A stretch of 64,000 bases of DNA from Acidimicrobiia bacterium (GCA_035544575.1 DATKEC010000044.1:2851-66850); one strand, 5' to 3'. Counted from the stretch's first letter, positions 18,498 to 28,433 are shown. The notes: generated from the sequence alone by a model not told the origin. Program-made: numbers and translations.

Positions 18498-21400
18498 CCA
18501 TCACACCCACACCACAACAGGCAGCGGTGGTGACAGCTCCGTTGCAGTCGTTTCGCGTCGCAGCCGGAGCGGGTACCGGCAAGACGACGACGATGGCGAT
18601 GCGCGTGATCGCACTCATCGAACGTCACGGAATCGAACCCGAACAGATCCTCGGCATCACGTTCACCAACAAGGCGGCGGGCGAACTGGCCGAACGTATC
18701 TCCACCTGGATGGGCGACCAGACCGAAGCCGGCCGGGAAGTCGAGGTCCACACGTACCACGGGTTCGCTTCCCAGATCTTGCGGGAGTTCGGCGCCCTGG
18801 TCGGCATCGAGCGTGACACCAAACTCGTCACGCCCACCTTCGCCCGCCAGATCCTCTTCGACGTGGTGCGGGCAGCCGAGATTCGCACCTGGGACCTCTC
18901 GAATCGGCACAACGTCGACAGGGCTGCCAGTTTCGCCGGCCAGTTGGGCGATCACCTCCTCGCACCCGCCGATGTCGTCGTCCCCGACATCGGAGCCGAC
19001 GACGTGTGGCTGAAGCGAGTCGACCTCCTGAACGTTCTTCGCCTCTATGAACGCGAGAAGCGCCGCATGGGGGTGGCCGACTACAGCGACCTCATCACGT
19101 CGGCGTGGCGGGTGGTCTCGGATCACCCCGAGGTGGCAGACGCGATCGTCGAGCGTTACCGGGCCGTCGTGCTGGACGAATACCAGGACACCAATCCCGC
19201 CCAGCGCGAACTGCTGCGCGCCATCTTTTCGAACCGGGTGCCCGTGACAGCCGTCGGCGACGCCGACCAGACGATCTACGAATGGCGAGGCGCGAGCCTG
19301 CAGAACTTCGCCGACTTCGGCCTCCACTTTCCCAACGCGGAAGGACCTGCCCCCTCCCTGCCACTGACGACCAACCGTCGGTCGGGCCAGGCCATCCTGG
19401 ATGTGGCCAACCAGATCAAGGCGAAACTGGCTCCCGACCCGGATCAACTCGAAGCCGTCGAGGGAGTGCCTCCCGGCCGGGTGGTGACGGCATGGTTCGG
19501 CACGGCCGCCGAGGAAGCGGCGTGGATCGCGAGCGAGATCGAACGGCTCGGCGAGGACGGTCTGGCTTGGAGTCAATGCGCGGTGCTGTTCCGCAAGAAC
19601 AAGGACATGGCGATGGTCCACGAAGCCCTCTCCCAACGAGACATCCCCTACGAGGTGGCGAACCTCGGGGGGCTGCTGTCGGTCCCGGAAGTCGCCGACG
19701 TCGTGGCGTGGCTGCGTCTCCTGGCGCGATCGGAGGACACCGTTGCCGTCGTTCGCGTCCTCCAGGGGAGTCGATTCCGTCTGGGTCTCGCCGATCTCGC
19801 CCGGCTGTCGGACTGGGTACGAGAACGCCGGGGCGACATCGCCGACGACATCGACGGGCTGCCCGACTTCACCCTCCTCGAAGCCATCGACCATCTCGAC
19901 CACGTCCAAGGCCTTCGAGCGGACGCCCGGCGGGCGCTGGTTCAGTTTCGCGGCGAGCACGCCGAGTTTCTCGGCATCAGCCAGGGATCCTCACTGGTGG
20001 AGATCTGTCGGAGCATCCTCGATCGAACCGGAGCATGGCAGGACATCGAGGCGATGCCGCGAGCGGCAGGGCTCTCCGCCCGTCTCAACCTCTTCCGCTT
20101 CCTCGATCTCGCCGAGAGTTGGAGCCCGCTCGAGGGGCGACCCTCGCTGGCCGCTTTCACGTCGTATCTCGACCTGATGCACGACAACCCGCGCGAAGAA
20201 CTCGACACCGCCCGCGTCTCCCAAGCCGATGCCGTCACGTTGATCACCGTCCACCGAGCGAAGGGCCTCGAGTGGGAGGCCGTGTTCCTCCCCGCCGCCT
20301 ATCGGACCAACTTCCCGGCGGGCTACCGCGGGGACGATCCGTACACCAGCCCGGACATCCTCCCGTTCGAGTTTCGGCTCGATCGCGATTCGCTGCCCGC
20401 CATCGACGCCACCACCGACAAGTCCGAGCGAAACGAAGCGCTGCGCCAGCGTCACGAGGACTCGGAGTGGCGGCTCGCCTACGTCGCCACGACTCGAGCC
20501 CGCCAACATCTCACGGTCACGGGAGCGTGGTGGTACGGCCATCCGATACCGCTCACGAAACCCACGCAACCCTCTGAGTTCTTCGACGTGTGCAGAACGC
20601 GCGGTGAACACGTACGGGACACACCCGAGCCGCCCGACCGACCAGTCCGAGCGTCGTATCGCAGTGAGTCCGCCGCGCCGGATCCCGGCTTCGAACACGG
20701 GTGGGCCGACGCCCTTCGGAACACGCTGTCCGATCCGGACTGGCCGCGCGTCGAGGCCGCGAGGCGCGGGTTGGCCGACTCCTACGATGCGGCGGTGGCA
20801 GGGTTCCAAGACCGCCTGTTCGCCCTCCCCGATCCGCCGGTGGACTCGACGCACACCGACGTCGTGACGTCGGCGACCGGATTGGTCACCTACGCAACCT
20901 GCCCCCAGCGCTACCACTGGACCTTCGTCGACACCCTCCCTCGCCGCTCGTCACAGGCGGCACGGCGCGGGACCGACGTCCATCGCCGCATCGAACTCCA
21001 CAACCTCGGCGTGATGCCGCTGGAGGAGCTCTCCGAAACCAGCTATGACCTGGTGGCAGACGGCGACGAGCCTGCCGGCACCAACCCCTTCGGCGTGTTC
21101 GAAGCCACCCGGTACGCGCACACTCCGCCCATACTCACCGAGGTCCCCTTCGAACTGGGTCGCGGCGCCGGACGAGTCAGGGGACGCATCGACGCCGTCT
21201 ACGCCGCACCCGACGACGGATGGGAGATCGTCGACTTCAAGTCCGGCAGGGAACGCCCCGACGGTGCCAACCTCGTCCAGCTCGAGGCATATGCCCTGGC
21301 TGCGGCAGACCGGAGCCTGGGCCGTGCTGCTCCGGCACACATCTCGGTGTCGTTCGTCTATCTCGGCGGCACCGAACCCGCGGTCCGGAACCACGTAGTC

Positions 21401-21556
21401 GACGAGCGATGGCTCGAGGACGCAGGGACACGGATCGACGGCATCCTCGAGGGAATCCGAGACGGGCGGTTTCAGACGACGCCGTCAGAGGCCTGCCGGC
21501 GGTGTGACTTTCTCCGCTTCTGTCGGGACGGCTCTGACTTCGTCCGCCGTCAATGA
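18494..21556 (+). CDS. adnB: AdnB-like UvrD helicase-nuclease subunit
   Basis: ATGA overlap with adnA. AGAGTGKT, TFTNKAA, LDEYQDT, GDADQTIYEWRGA, TVHRAKGLEW, YVATTRAR. GRIDAVY..IVDFKSG with CP...CRRC...C. Confidence 0.9.
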   Translation: MTITPTPQQAAVVTAPLQSFRVAAGAGTGKTTTMAMRVIALIERHGIEPEQILGITFTNKAAGELAERISTWMGDQTEAGREVEVHTYHGFASQILREFGALVGIERDTKLVTPTFARQILFDVVRAAEIRTWDLSNRHNVDRAASFAGQLGDHLLAPADVVVPDIGADDVWLKRVDLLNVLRLYEREKRRMGVADYSDLITSAWRVVSDHPEVADAIVERYRAVVLDEYQDTNPAQRELLRAIFSNRVPVTAVGDADQTIYEWRGASLQNFADFGLHFPNAEGPAPSLPLTTNRRSGQAILDVANQIKAKLAPDPDQLEAVEGVPPGRVVTAWFGTAAEEAAWIASEIERLGEDGLAWSQCAVLFRKNKDMAMVHEALSQRDIPYEVANLGGLLSVPEVADVVAWLRLLARSEDTVAVVRVLQGSRFRLGLADLARLSDWVRERRGDIADDIDGLPDFTLLEAIDHLDHVQGLRADARRALVQFRGEHAEFLGISQGSSLVEICRSILDRTGAWQDIEAMPRAAGLSARLNLFRFLDLAESWSPLEGRPSLAAFTSYLDLMHDNPREELDTARVSQADAVTLITVHRAKGLEWEAVFLPAAYRTNFPAGYRGDDPYTSPDILPFEFRLDRDSLPAIDATTDKSERNEALRQRHEDSEWRLAYVATTRARQHLTVTGAWWYGHPIPLTKPTQPSEFFDVCRTRGEHVRDTPEPPDRPVRASYRSESAAPDPGFEHGWADALRNTLSDPDWPRVEAARRGLADSYDAAVAGFQDRLFALPDPPVDSTHTDVVTSATGLVTYATCPQRYHWTFVDTLPRRSSQAARRGTDVHRRIELHNLGVMPLEELSETSYDLVADGDEPAGTNPFGVFEATRYAHTPPILTEVPFELGRGAGRVRGRIDAVYAAPDDGWEIVDFKSGRERPDGANLVQLEAYALAAADRSLGRAAPAHISVSFVYLGGTEPAVRNHVVDERWLEDAGTRIDGILEGIRDGRFQTTPSEACRRCDFLRFCRDGSDFVRRQ

Positions 21557-22149
21557 CGCGGGTCGCTTGTTTCGTCCTCGGTTACCTGATCGGCGGCATC
21601 CCCACCGCCGACACATGGGCTCGTCGATCCGGCATCGACTTGCGGGCGGCGGGATCTGCCAATCCGGGGGCGAACAACGCGCTCCGCCTCGGAGGTCGCC
21701 GACTGGCCGCTGCCGTTCTCGCCACCGAAGTCGCCAAAGGAGCCCTCTGCGTCCTGCTGGGTTCGGTTCTCGCGGGCGACATCGGCATGGTGCTGGCCGG
21801 AGCCGGAGCAACAGTCGGCAACGTCCTCAATCCATACAGGCGATTCCGGGGAGGCCAAGGTCTCGGGATCTCGGCGGGAGTTCTGTTGGCAGCTGTCCCG
21901 ATCGCGGGAGCGTTCGGCCTGGCCGTCATCGCCTTCGTGGTCAAGATCAGTCGTATGACAGCCCCGGCGGCGCTGGCGGCCCTGGTCGCCGTTCTTGGCT
22001 CATCGGTCTGGCTCCCGGTCACTCCGTGGGGAATCACCGACTCAGGTACTGCCAGCCTCCTGGCGGCTGCGATTGCGGTGGCGGTGACTCCCAAACAGGT
22101 GATCAAGCTCAGACGAGCCGACCGTCCTCGGCGGCGAGCACCAGCGTGA
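21553..22149 (+). CDS. plsY: PlsY-family glycerol-3-phosphate acyltransferase (divergent)
   Basis: GYLIGGIPT, IDLRAAGSANPGANNALRLGG, KG, P..RFRGGQG; multi-TM. Confidence 0.8.
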   Translation: MTRVACFVLGYLIGGIPTADTWARRSGIDLRAAGSANPGANNALRLGGRRLAAAVLATEVAKGALCVLLGSVLAGDIGMVLAGAGATVGNVLNPYRRFRGGQGLGISAGVLLAAVPIAGAFGLAVIAFVVKISRMTAPAALAALVAVLGSSVWLPVTPWGITDSGTASLLAAAIAVAVTPKQVIKLRRADRPRRRAPA

Positions 22150-22564
22150 CCGGCCCGTCGTTGACCAGTTCGACGTCCATGTGCGCCCCGAATCGCCCCG
22201 TCGAGACCTCGATGCCATGGGCGGCGATGTGCTCGGCGACGGCGGCGATCAACGGTTCGGCGACGCGAGGTTCGGCGGCATCCACAAAGGAGGGGCGACG
22301 CCCCTTGCGGACGTCGCCGTAGAGGGTGAACTGGGAAACGACGAGGACCGCACCTCCGACGTCGAGGACCGAGCGGTTCATGCGGCCGTCCGCATCGGCA
22401 AACACACGCAATCCGGCCAGCTTCTCGGCGAGGACCGCGGCGTCCGCAGGACCATCCGCCGGACCCACACCCACGAAAACGACCAGACCCGTCCCAATGC
22501 GACCGACCACGCCGGCGTCCACCGTCACTGTCGCCCGCGACACTCGCTGGATCACTGCGCGCAC
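22109..22564 (-). CDS. dtd: D-aminoacyl-tRNA deacylase
   Basis: MRAVIQRV, VSQFTLYGDVRKGRRPSF, FGAHMDVELVNDGPVT. Confidence 0.97.
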   Translation of the reverse strand: MRAVIQRVSRATVTVDAGVVGRIGTGLVVFVGVGPADGPADAAVLAEKLAGLRVFADADGRMNRSVLDVGGAVLVVSQFTLYGDVRKGRRPSFVDAAEPRVAEPLIAAVAEHIAAHGIEVSTGRFGAHMDVELVNDGPVTLVLAAEDGRLV

Positions 22565-22566
22565 CA

Positions 22567-24903
22567 GTGGAGTCTGCCACGCCTCCGGATCCTGGCCGCC
22601 GGTACGATCGAGTCGTGTTCCGCCCTCCCGATGTCACGCGGCCGGCGGCGTTCGAGCCGGACCTCGACGTCCCCGAGAATCGCCCGGTCGTGGTGCTCCT
22701 CGATGCATCCAGCACCCTCGAACGACGCATGCTGACGGCGTGGGCGGATCGAACATTCGGCGAGCGTGGCACCCAGATCAACATCACACCATCGCGTCGC
22801 CGACGTCGGCGGCGAACAGATCCCGCCCTGGCCGCCCGTCTCCAACGCGGCGACAACCCGCTCGTCGTCCCCGTCCGCGTCACGTGGCTCCCGGATCGCC
22901 GCAGCGGTCGGCGGTCGGCCAACTGGGTAGACGTGCTCAAACTCGGCGATCCGCGGGATCCGGATCCGGCCCGCCAGTGGGCGATCCTGGCGTTCTTCCC
23001 GCATCGGGTCGGAATCGTGGCGGGCATGCCCGCCTCCGCCGAAGATCTCCTGGCCTCCCACGCCGCGGACGTCGAGTACTCGACTCTCGTCGACCACGTG
23101 ACGCGCAAAGCGCACATCACACTCGAACGCGCAGAACGCCACATCCGTGGCAACCGCTACAAGGTGCCGCGATTTCTGAACGAGGAGATTCTCTCGCGCC
23201 CCGACTTCCGGGACACGGTCATGCGCCTCGGGTCCGAGCGGGGCCTACCCGCCGAGCTGGCCCTGGCCCGGGCCCGCTACTACCTGCGTGAGATCGCCGC
23301 TTCGCACAGCACGTTTCTGATCGACCTCATCGCCAATGCGATCCACTGGATCTACTCCCAGGGCTACGGCGCGATCATCTACGACCAGCACCGACTGGCC
23401 GTGATCGGGACTCTGGCCGAGGATCATCCGATCGCCTTCGTGCCGTCGCACCGCTCGAACCTCGACCGGCTGTCGCTGCAGTACCTGCTCTGGGAGAACG
23501 ACATGCCCCCCAACCACACTGCGGCGGGCATCAACATGAACTTCTTCCCGATTGGACCGCTCATCCGTCGCACCGGGGCGTTCTTCATCCGTCGGTCGTT
23601 CAAGGACAACGAGTTGTACAAGTTCGTCCTTCGCTCCTATCTCGGCTATCTCGTCGAGAAGCGCTTCCCGCTCGAGTGGTACATGGAAGGGGGACGCTCG
23701 CGCAGCGGCAAGCTGCTCCCTCCCCGCCTGGGCATGCTGGGTTGGGTCACCGACGCCGTGCGGCAAGGACGGGCCGACGACCTCTATCTCATCCCGACAT
23801 CCATCGCCTATGACCAGATCCAGGATGTGAAGGACTACGCCAACGAAGCCGCCGGTGGCGAGAAGCGCAAAGAGTCGTTCGGCTGGGCGTTGGACGCCAT
23901 CCGCTCACTGCGTCGCCGGTACGGCAACATCCATGTCCGTTTTGCCGATCCCATCTCGATCGCCAAGGAGGTGGACCTTTCGAAGGAAGCCGAGATGGAT
24001 CTGCAGAAGCTGGCATTCGAGGTGATGTACCGCATATCTCGTGTCACCCCGATCACACCGACCGCGGTGGCGTCGATCGCATTGCTGTCGGCGCGCGGCA
24101 AGGCGATGCGCGCCTCCGAGATCGCGGTACTCGGCGGGAAGTTGGCCGAAGTCATCGAAGAGGGGGGCTGGCCGACCACCGAACGCATCCGCCTTCACGA
24201 CATCGCCGCTGCCGAGGCTGTCCTCCACCAGCTCGTCGCCCACGGATCCCTGACCGTGGAAGCAGGCGTCTACGTCCTCACGCCGAACCAGGCGATCCAG
24301 GCCGCCTACTACCGCAACACCGTCGTGCACTACTTCGTGCCGGGTGCGATCGCCGAACTCGCACTGTCCGCCACCGACACCGCCGACCCTCTCGACGACT
24401 TCTGGCAAGAGGTGGCACGGCTACGGGATCTGCTGAAGTTCGAATTCTTCTTCGCCGAACGCGACGAGTTCCGTCGTGAGCTCGCCGCGGAACTCGATCG
24501 CGGCGTTCCGGGATGGCAGGACCACATCCGCCGGGGCGAACGGCACGACGTGCTGCGGATGATGGATCCGTTGCGGGCGCACTGGGCGGTCCTTCCCTTC
24601 CTCGAGGCGTATCGAGTCGTCGCCGAAGAACTGGTGGCAACCAATGGACCGGTGGAAAACGAGAAGGCTTTCCTGGAGGCTGCGCTGGAGCGGGGAGCAC
24701 GAGATCGCCTCACCGGACGCGTCGAGGCCGACGAGAGCGTCTCGAAGGCCCTCATGCAATCGGCCCTCGAACTCGCCCGGAACCGGGGACTGCTCGACGG
24801 TCCGCAGTCCCGCCGCCAGCTGTTCGCGGCGGAGGTGTCTGCGGTGTGTGAGCGGGCGGCCGAGATCGGACGACTCGCCGACACCCCCCGCCTGGCCACC
24901 TAG
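22567..24903 (+). CDS. plsB: Glycerol-3-phosphate 1-O-acyltransferase PlsB (mycobacterial PlsB2-like; start uncertain)
   Basis: PSHRSNLD (HX4D), GAFFIRR, YMEGGRSRSGK, IPTSIAYD. Confidence 0.9.
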   Translation: MESATPPDPGRRYDRVVFRPPDVTRPAAFEPDLDVPENRPVVVLLDASSTLERRMLTAWADRTFGERGTQINITPSRRRRRRRTDPALAARLQRGDNPLVVPVRVTWLPDRRSGRRSANWVDVLKLGDPRDPDPARQWAILAFFPHRVGIVAGMPASAEDLLASHAADVEYSTLVDHVTRKAHITLERAERHIRGNRYKVPRFLNEEILSRPDFRDTVMRLGSERGLPAELALARARYYLREIAASHSTFLIDLIANAIHWIYSQGYGAIIYDQHRLAVIGTLAEDHPIAFVPSHRSNLDRLSLQYLLWENDMPPNHTAAGINMNFFPIGPLIRRTGAFFIRRSFKDNELYKFVLRSYLGYLVEKRFPLEWYMEGGRSRSGKLLPPRLGMLGWVTDAVRQGRADDLYLIPTSIAYDQIQDVKDYANEAAGGEKRKESFGWALDAIRSLRRRYGNIHVRFADPISIAKEVDLSKEAEMDLQKLAFEVMYRISRVTPITPTAVASIALLSARGKAMRASEIAVLGGKLAEVIEEGGWPTTERIRLHDIAAAEAVLHQLVAHGSLTVEAGVYVLTPNQAIQAAYYRNTVVHYFVPGAIAELALSATDTADPLDDFWQEVARLRDLLKFEFFFAERDEFRRELAAELDRGVPGWQDHIRRGERHDVLRMMDPLRAHWAVLPFLEAYRVVAEELVATNGPVENEKAFLEAALERGARDRLTGRVEADESVSKALMQSALELARNRGLLDGPQSRRQLFAAEVSAVCERAAEIGRLADTPRLAT

Positions 24904-24940
24904 TGGCAGAGACACTGCCGCGTGGCGTCCTCGGCGGCCG

Positions 24941-25117
24941 TCACACCTCGGTGATGCCTGCCCTGACCTGGGCCACCACGGTGTCCGGGAGTGTCGTCAC
25001 TCCGTGTACCGACGCGGCATGGCCGGCGGCGGCGGCCAGCAACTCATCATCGGTGGCCGCCTCGACCACTCCTTCACACCCCGCAAAGACGTGGTTGCAT
25101 TCGAATCGTTTGGTCAC
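24941..25117 (-). CDS. DUF1059-family small protein (58 aa)
   Basis: MTKRFECNHVFAGCEGVVEAATDDELLAAAAGHAASVHG. GAGGAGG RBS before GTG. Confidence 0.85.
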   Translation of the reverse strand: MTKRFECNHVFAGCEGVVEAATDDELLAAAAGHAASVHGVTTLPDTVVAQVRAGITEV

Positions 25118-25159
25118 GTGTTCCTCCTCATCGTCGGCAAGGCGCCGCCCCACCGGCTG

Positions 25160-25318
25160 TCACGCCGGTCGGGCCATCGATCGGGCCTGCTCGTCGGTCA
25201 GCACCATGTCGTGGACGTCTCGAGCGTGCCGCTGGGCCACTGCCATCACGGCATCGGCAGACTCGTCTTCGAGCACTGCGCCACACGGGCACTCGATCAA
25301 CATGCGGCTTTCGGCCAT
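25160..25318 (-). CDS. Second DUF1059-like small protein (52 aa)
   Basis: Manual translation MAESRMLIECPCGAVLEDESADAVMAVAQRHARDVHDMVLTDEQARSMARPA. AGGAGG RBS. Below the ORF-track cutoff. Confidence 0.8.
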   Translation of the reverse strand: MAESRMLIECPCGAVLEDESADAVMAVAQRHARDVHDMVLTDEQARSMARPA

Positions 25319-25336
25319 CTGCGCCTCCTGGGGACG

Positions 25337-25379
25337 AAGCTACGGGACGATGCTTGCGGAATCCTTGGGAGATCCCTGG
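25337..25379 (-). promoter_or_regulatory. SARP-type operator/promoter for the DUF1059 pair
   Basis: Minus strand CCAGGGAT, CCAAGGAT, GCAAGCAT at an exact 11-bp period, then 7 nt, then -10 TAGCTT (25342-25337). Confidence 0.55.
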
Positions 25380-26137
25380 TGAAGTTCTACTTGACAGGAC
25401 GGGTCCAGATCGAAGGCCCCGCAGGTGTCGTGACAGAGCATGACATGCCAGGACGCCAGGGTCCCCTCATGTTGGTGCGTTTGGCGTTGGCCCGCGGTCC
25501 GGTCTCCCACGACCAACTGGCCGATCTGCTCTGGGAACGAGAGCGGCCCCCAGCCTGGCAGACCACCCTGAGCCCGCTGGCCAGCCGACTGCGGGGGTCC
25601 CTCGACGGCATCGGGCTCCCGGGCCGCTCGATGCTGCTGTCCCGTCAGGGCGCCTACGAGCTCGTGATCCCCGATCGATGGGTCGATGTCGAGGTGGCGA
25701 TTCGGTCACTCGACCGCGCCGAGGGTCAGCTGGCCCAGGGCGACGGCCGCCGGGCGTGGCCGGAAGCCGCGGTCGCTTCGGCGATTCTCCGGCGCCCATT
25801 CCTCGAAGGCGAGAACCACCGGTGGGTGTCGGATTGGAGGGCGACGCTGGGCGACGGAATGGTTCGGGCACTCGCCGTCCTGGCCGAGTCGTCGCTCCAA
25901 CTGGAACGCTGGCCGCTGGCGGAAGCGGCCGCAGACGAAGCGATTCGCCTCGACCCGTTGCGTGAAGTGGCTCATCGTCAACGGATTCGGGCCTTGTTGG
26001 GCGCGGGTAACGGTGCACGCGCTCTCCGCGCATATCACGAGCTGGAAGCACTCTTGACCGAAGAGCTGGGGACAGCTCCTTCGGCAGCCACCCAGGCCCT
26101 CTACGAAGGATTGTTGGGCATCACCCGCCCCGCGTGA
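25379..26137 (+). CDS. SARP-family regulator (wHTH + BTAD only)
   Basis: MKFYLTGRVQIEG, LADLLW..PP, SRLR, YEL, VDVE, RRPFLEG, DPLREVAHRQRIRAL, L..ELG..PS. Confidence 0.9.
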   Translation: MKFYLTGRVQIEGPAGVVTEHDMPGRQGPLMLVRLALARGPVSHDQLADLLWERERPPAWQTTLSPLASRLRGSLDGIGLPGRSMLLSRQGAYELVIPDRWVDVEVAIRSLDRAEGQLAQGDGRRAWPEAAVASAILRRPFLEGENHRWVSDWRATLGDGMVRALAVLAESSLQLERWPLAEAAADEAIRLDPLREVAHRQRIRALLGAGNGARALRAYHELEALLTEELGTAPSAATQALYEGLLGITRPA

Positions 26138-27272
26138 GCACCCTGCGAAACCGCCATGCCGCGAGCGCCAGCACGCCGAACGCGAACGCGGCCAAGACAC
26201 CGAGGTGGGACAGGATGTCGACGATCGTTCCGTCCTCTCTGACCAGCACCGCGAACGCGTCGATCGCCCAGGCGTGCGGCGTCATTCTGGCGACCTGTTG
26301 CATACCGGCCGGCATGACCTCGATTGGCACCATCGCCCCACCCAAAGCGGCCAATCCGAGGCCCGCCATGACCCCTATCCCTCCGGCTTGCTGGTCGTTC
26401 TGGAAGACGCTTCCCATGAGCATCGCCACCCCGGCGGCAACCAGCCCGAACAAGGTCATGATGGCAGCCGCTCCCAGTGGATCGCCCCAGTTCACGCCAA
26501 AGACGATCAGCGTCACGAACACGATGTAGAGACCCTGCACCGCCACGACGGCGAAGCGACCCAGCGTCTCGCCCATGATGATCGTGGTCGCCGACGTCGG
26601 TGTGCTGAGCATTCGTGTCGAGACGCCGAGTTGACGGCTCTGGATGAGCGCCGCCGAACCGGTGAGTCCGGTCAGGAACATGAACAGCACGAGCTGGGAC
26701 GAGGCGCCCAGGTCGAACTGACCGAGCGACGAGTCGAACATCGCCTCGCCGCTGGTTGTGAGACGCACGTCGATGGCTGCCAATTCGTCGGCCCGGGCGG
26801 CGGCAGCGCCCAGTCCGGTGACGAGATCGTCACCTTCGACCTTCGCGGCCAGCACCTGATAAGAGAACTCTGTGATCACCGCAGTGACGAGCGCCTGCAG
26901 CTGGGGCCCGGCGCTGTCCGGCCGGGAGACGTATCCAACTCCACCGGTCCGGTCGGCGGCGAGGTCGGCGGCGAAGTCGGGTCCGATCGAGACCCCGGCC
27001 TGCACCGTCGAGCGCTCCACCGCCAGCAAGAGGTCATCGGTGTCCTCGTACCGCACGACCGCAACGTCCTCCAGGTTTTCGAGCCGCTCGGCGAGTACCG
27101 CTCCAGTCCCGGAGTCAGGGGCGACGAGTCCGATGGTGGGCCGGAATCCCGAGCCGAACAGCGACCCGATGATCACGATGATGCCGAGGGGAAGGATGAA
27201 CACGAAGAAGTAGTTGCTCCGATCCCGGAACATCCGCCTCAGACCTGATGCAGCGATGGCGAGGACTTTCAC
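26121..27272 (-). CDS. ABC-2 exporter permease (LnrN-like)
   Basis: FFVFILPL TM, extracellular domain, LGGAMVPIEVMP, TPHAWAIDAF. Confidence 0.88.
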   Translation of the reverse strand: MKVLAIAASGLRRMFRDRSNYFFVFILPLGIIVIIGSLFGSGFRPTIGLVAPDSGTGAVLAERLENLEDVAVVRYEDTDDLLLAVERSTVQAGVSIGPDFAADLAADRTGGVGYVSRPDSAGPQLQALVTAVITEFSYQVLAAKVEGDDLVTGLGAAAARADELAAIDVRLTTSGEAMFDSSLGQFDLGASSQLVLFMFLTGLTGSAALIQSRQLGVSTRMLSTPTSATTIIMGETLGRFAVVAVQGLYIVFVTLIVFGVNWGDPLGAAAIMTLFGLVAAGVAMLMGSVFQNDQQAGGIGVMAGLGLAALGGAMVPIEVMPAGMQQVARMTPHAWAIDAFAVLVREDGTIVDILSHLGVLAAFAFGVLALAAWRFRRVLTRGG

Positions 27273-28432
27273 GTCAGCACTGCCTTCCGAAGCTTGAATC
27301 CGGCGATCACGCCCGTGACCACGCCGAAGGCCACGAGCGCGCCAACGGCTGGCAACACGACTCCGATGCCACCGCCGCCGGCGAGGTCGCCCAGTCCGGT
27401 CATGAACCACCGGTGGGGCGTCGCCAGCGCGAGGTTGCCGAGGATCCCACCTCCCAGCGGGGTCGGGAAGAACACACCGCCCAACATCCCGAGTCCGACG
27501 GCGATGACGGCTTGGAGGTTTCCGGCTCCCTCGGGCGTGCGAGCGAACGCAGCCACGACGGCCATGATGCCCACGGCCGAGACCACGCCCGCCACGACGA
27601 GAAGCGCAACACCGAGCGGGTCGCCCCAGTTGGCGTCGAGGAGCACGGTCGAGGCCACGATCAGAACCGTCGTGCTGACGATGCCGAGGATGAGGCTCAC
27701 GAGACCCTTGGCGGCAACGATCGAACCCCTCCCGATCGGGGCAGCCAGCAAGCGTGACATCGTCCCTTCCCGCTTCTCGTCCAGGAGCGACGTGACGCCG
27801 AACTGGACCGTGAAGAACAGGAAGAAGACCGCCATGCCGGCAACGAAGAACGTCGTCATATCGAGCTGACGGTCGGAGGCTTCGACCCCCTCCACCACGA
27901 CCGCGGGTGGGGCCGTCTGAACGGCTGTCACAGCCTCGGCCACATCGGCGCCGACAGCCGAGGCCGTGGCCGCGACCAGCCGAACACCCTCGATGCTCGC
28001 CGCAAAGCTGCGCGAGATCGAGTGGGCGATGGCAGACGACGTCGGCCGGTCCACATCGCCCAACACGTCGATCTGCGCCGATTGTCCCGACTCGACGGCC
28101 GCCTCGAAGCCTCGCGGAATGACGATCACTGCTCCGACGTCTCCCGCGTCGAGGCTGGCCTGAGACGCGGGAGCATCTGCCAACAGGACGAGTTCGAGCA
28201 AGCCTTCAGACTGGAGGCCGGCCAGAGCGTCGGAGAACCTGGTCGACAACGCGGATTGGTCCGAGTCGACGAAGCCAAGTCTCAGGTCGATCGGCCCGTC
28301 CTCGACGCTGCCCAGGATGAGACTGAAGATGGCCGCGAGGACGAACGGAACGACGACCCCCACGATGATCGCCGAACGATCCCGGAGGCGCAGCCGGAGG
28401 TCCTTGCCGGCGATGAGCAGCGTCGACCGCAC
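27269..28432 (-). CDS. ABC-2 exporter permease (LnrM-like)
   Basis: KDLRLRLRD, EKREGTMSRLLAAP, LGGVFFP, TPHRWF. Confidence 0.88.
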   Translation of the reverse strand: MRSTLLIAGKDLRLRLRDRSAIIVGVVVPFVLAAIFSLILGSVEDGPIDLRLGFVDSDQSALSTRFSDALAGLQSEGLLELVLLADAPASQASLDAGDVGAVIVIPRGFEAAVESGQSAQIDVLGDVDRPTSSAIAHSISRSFAASIEGVRLVAATASAVGADVAEAVTAVQTAPPAVVVEGVEASDRQLDMTTFFVAGMAVFFLFFTVQFGVTSLLDEKREGTMSRLLAAPIGRGSIVAAKGLVSLILGIVSTTVLIVASTVLLDANWGDPLGVALLVVAGVVSAVGIMAVVAAFARTPEGAGNLQAVIAVGLGMLGGVFFPTPLGGGILGNLALATPHRWFMTGLGDLAGGGGIGVVLPAVGALVAFGVVTGVIAGFKLRKAVLT

Positions 28433-28433
28433 G

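Noticed and set aside
24903-25382. 159-aa plus-strand ORF, and the 24644 start for the SARP
   Set aside because: The region is better explained by two minus-strand DUF1059 genes with strong RBSs. SARP homology begins at GTG 25379.
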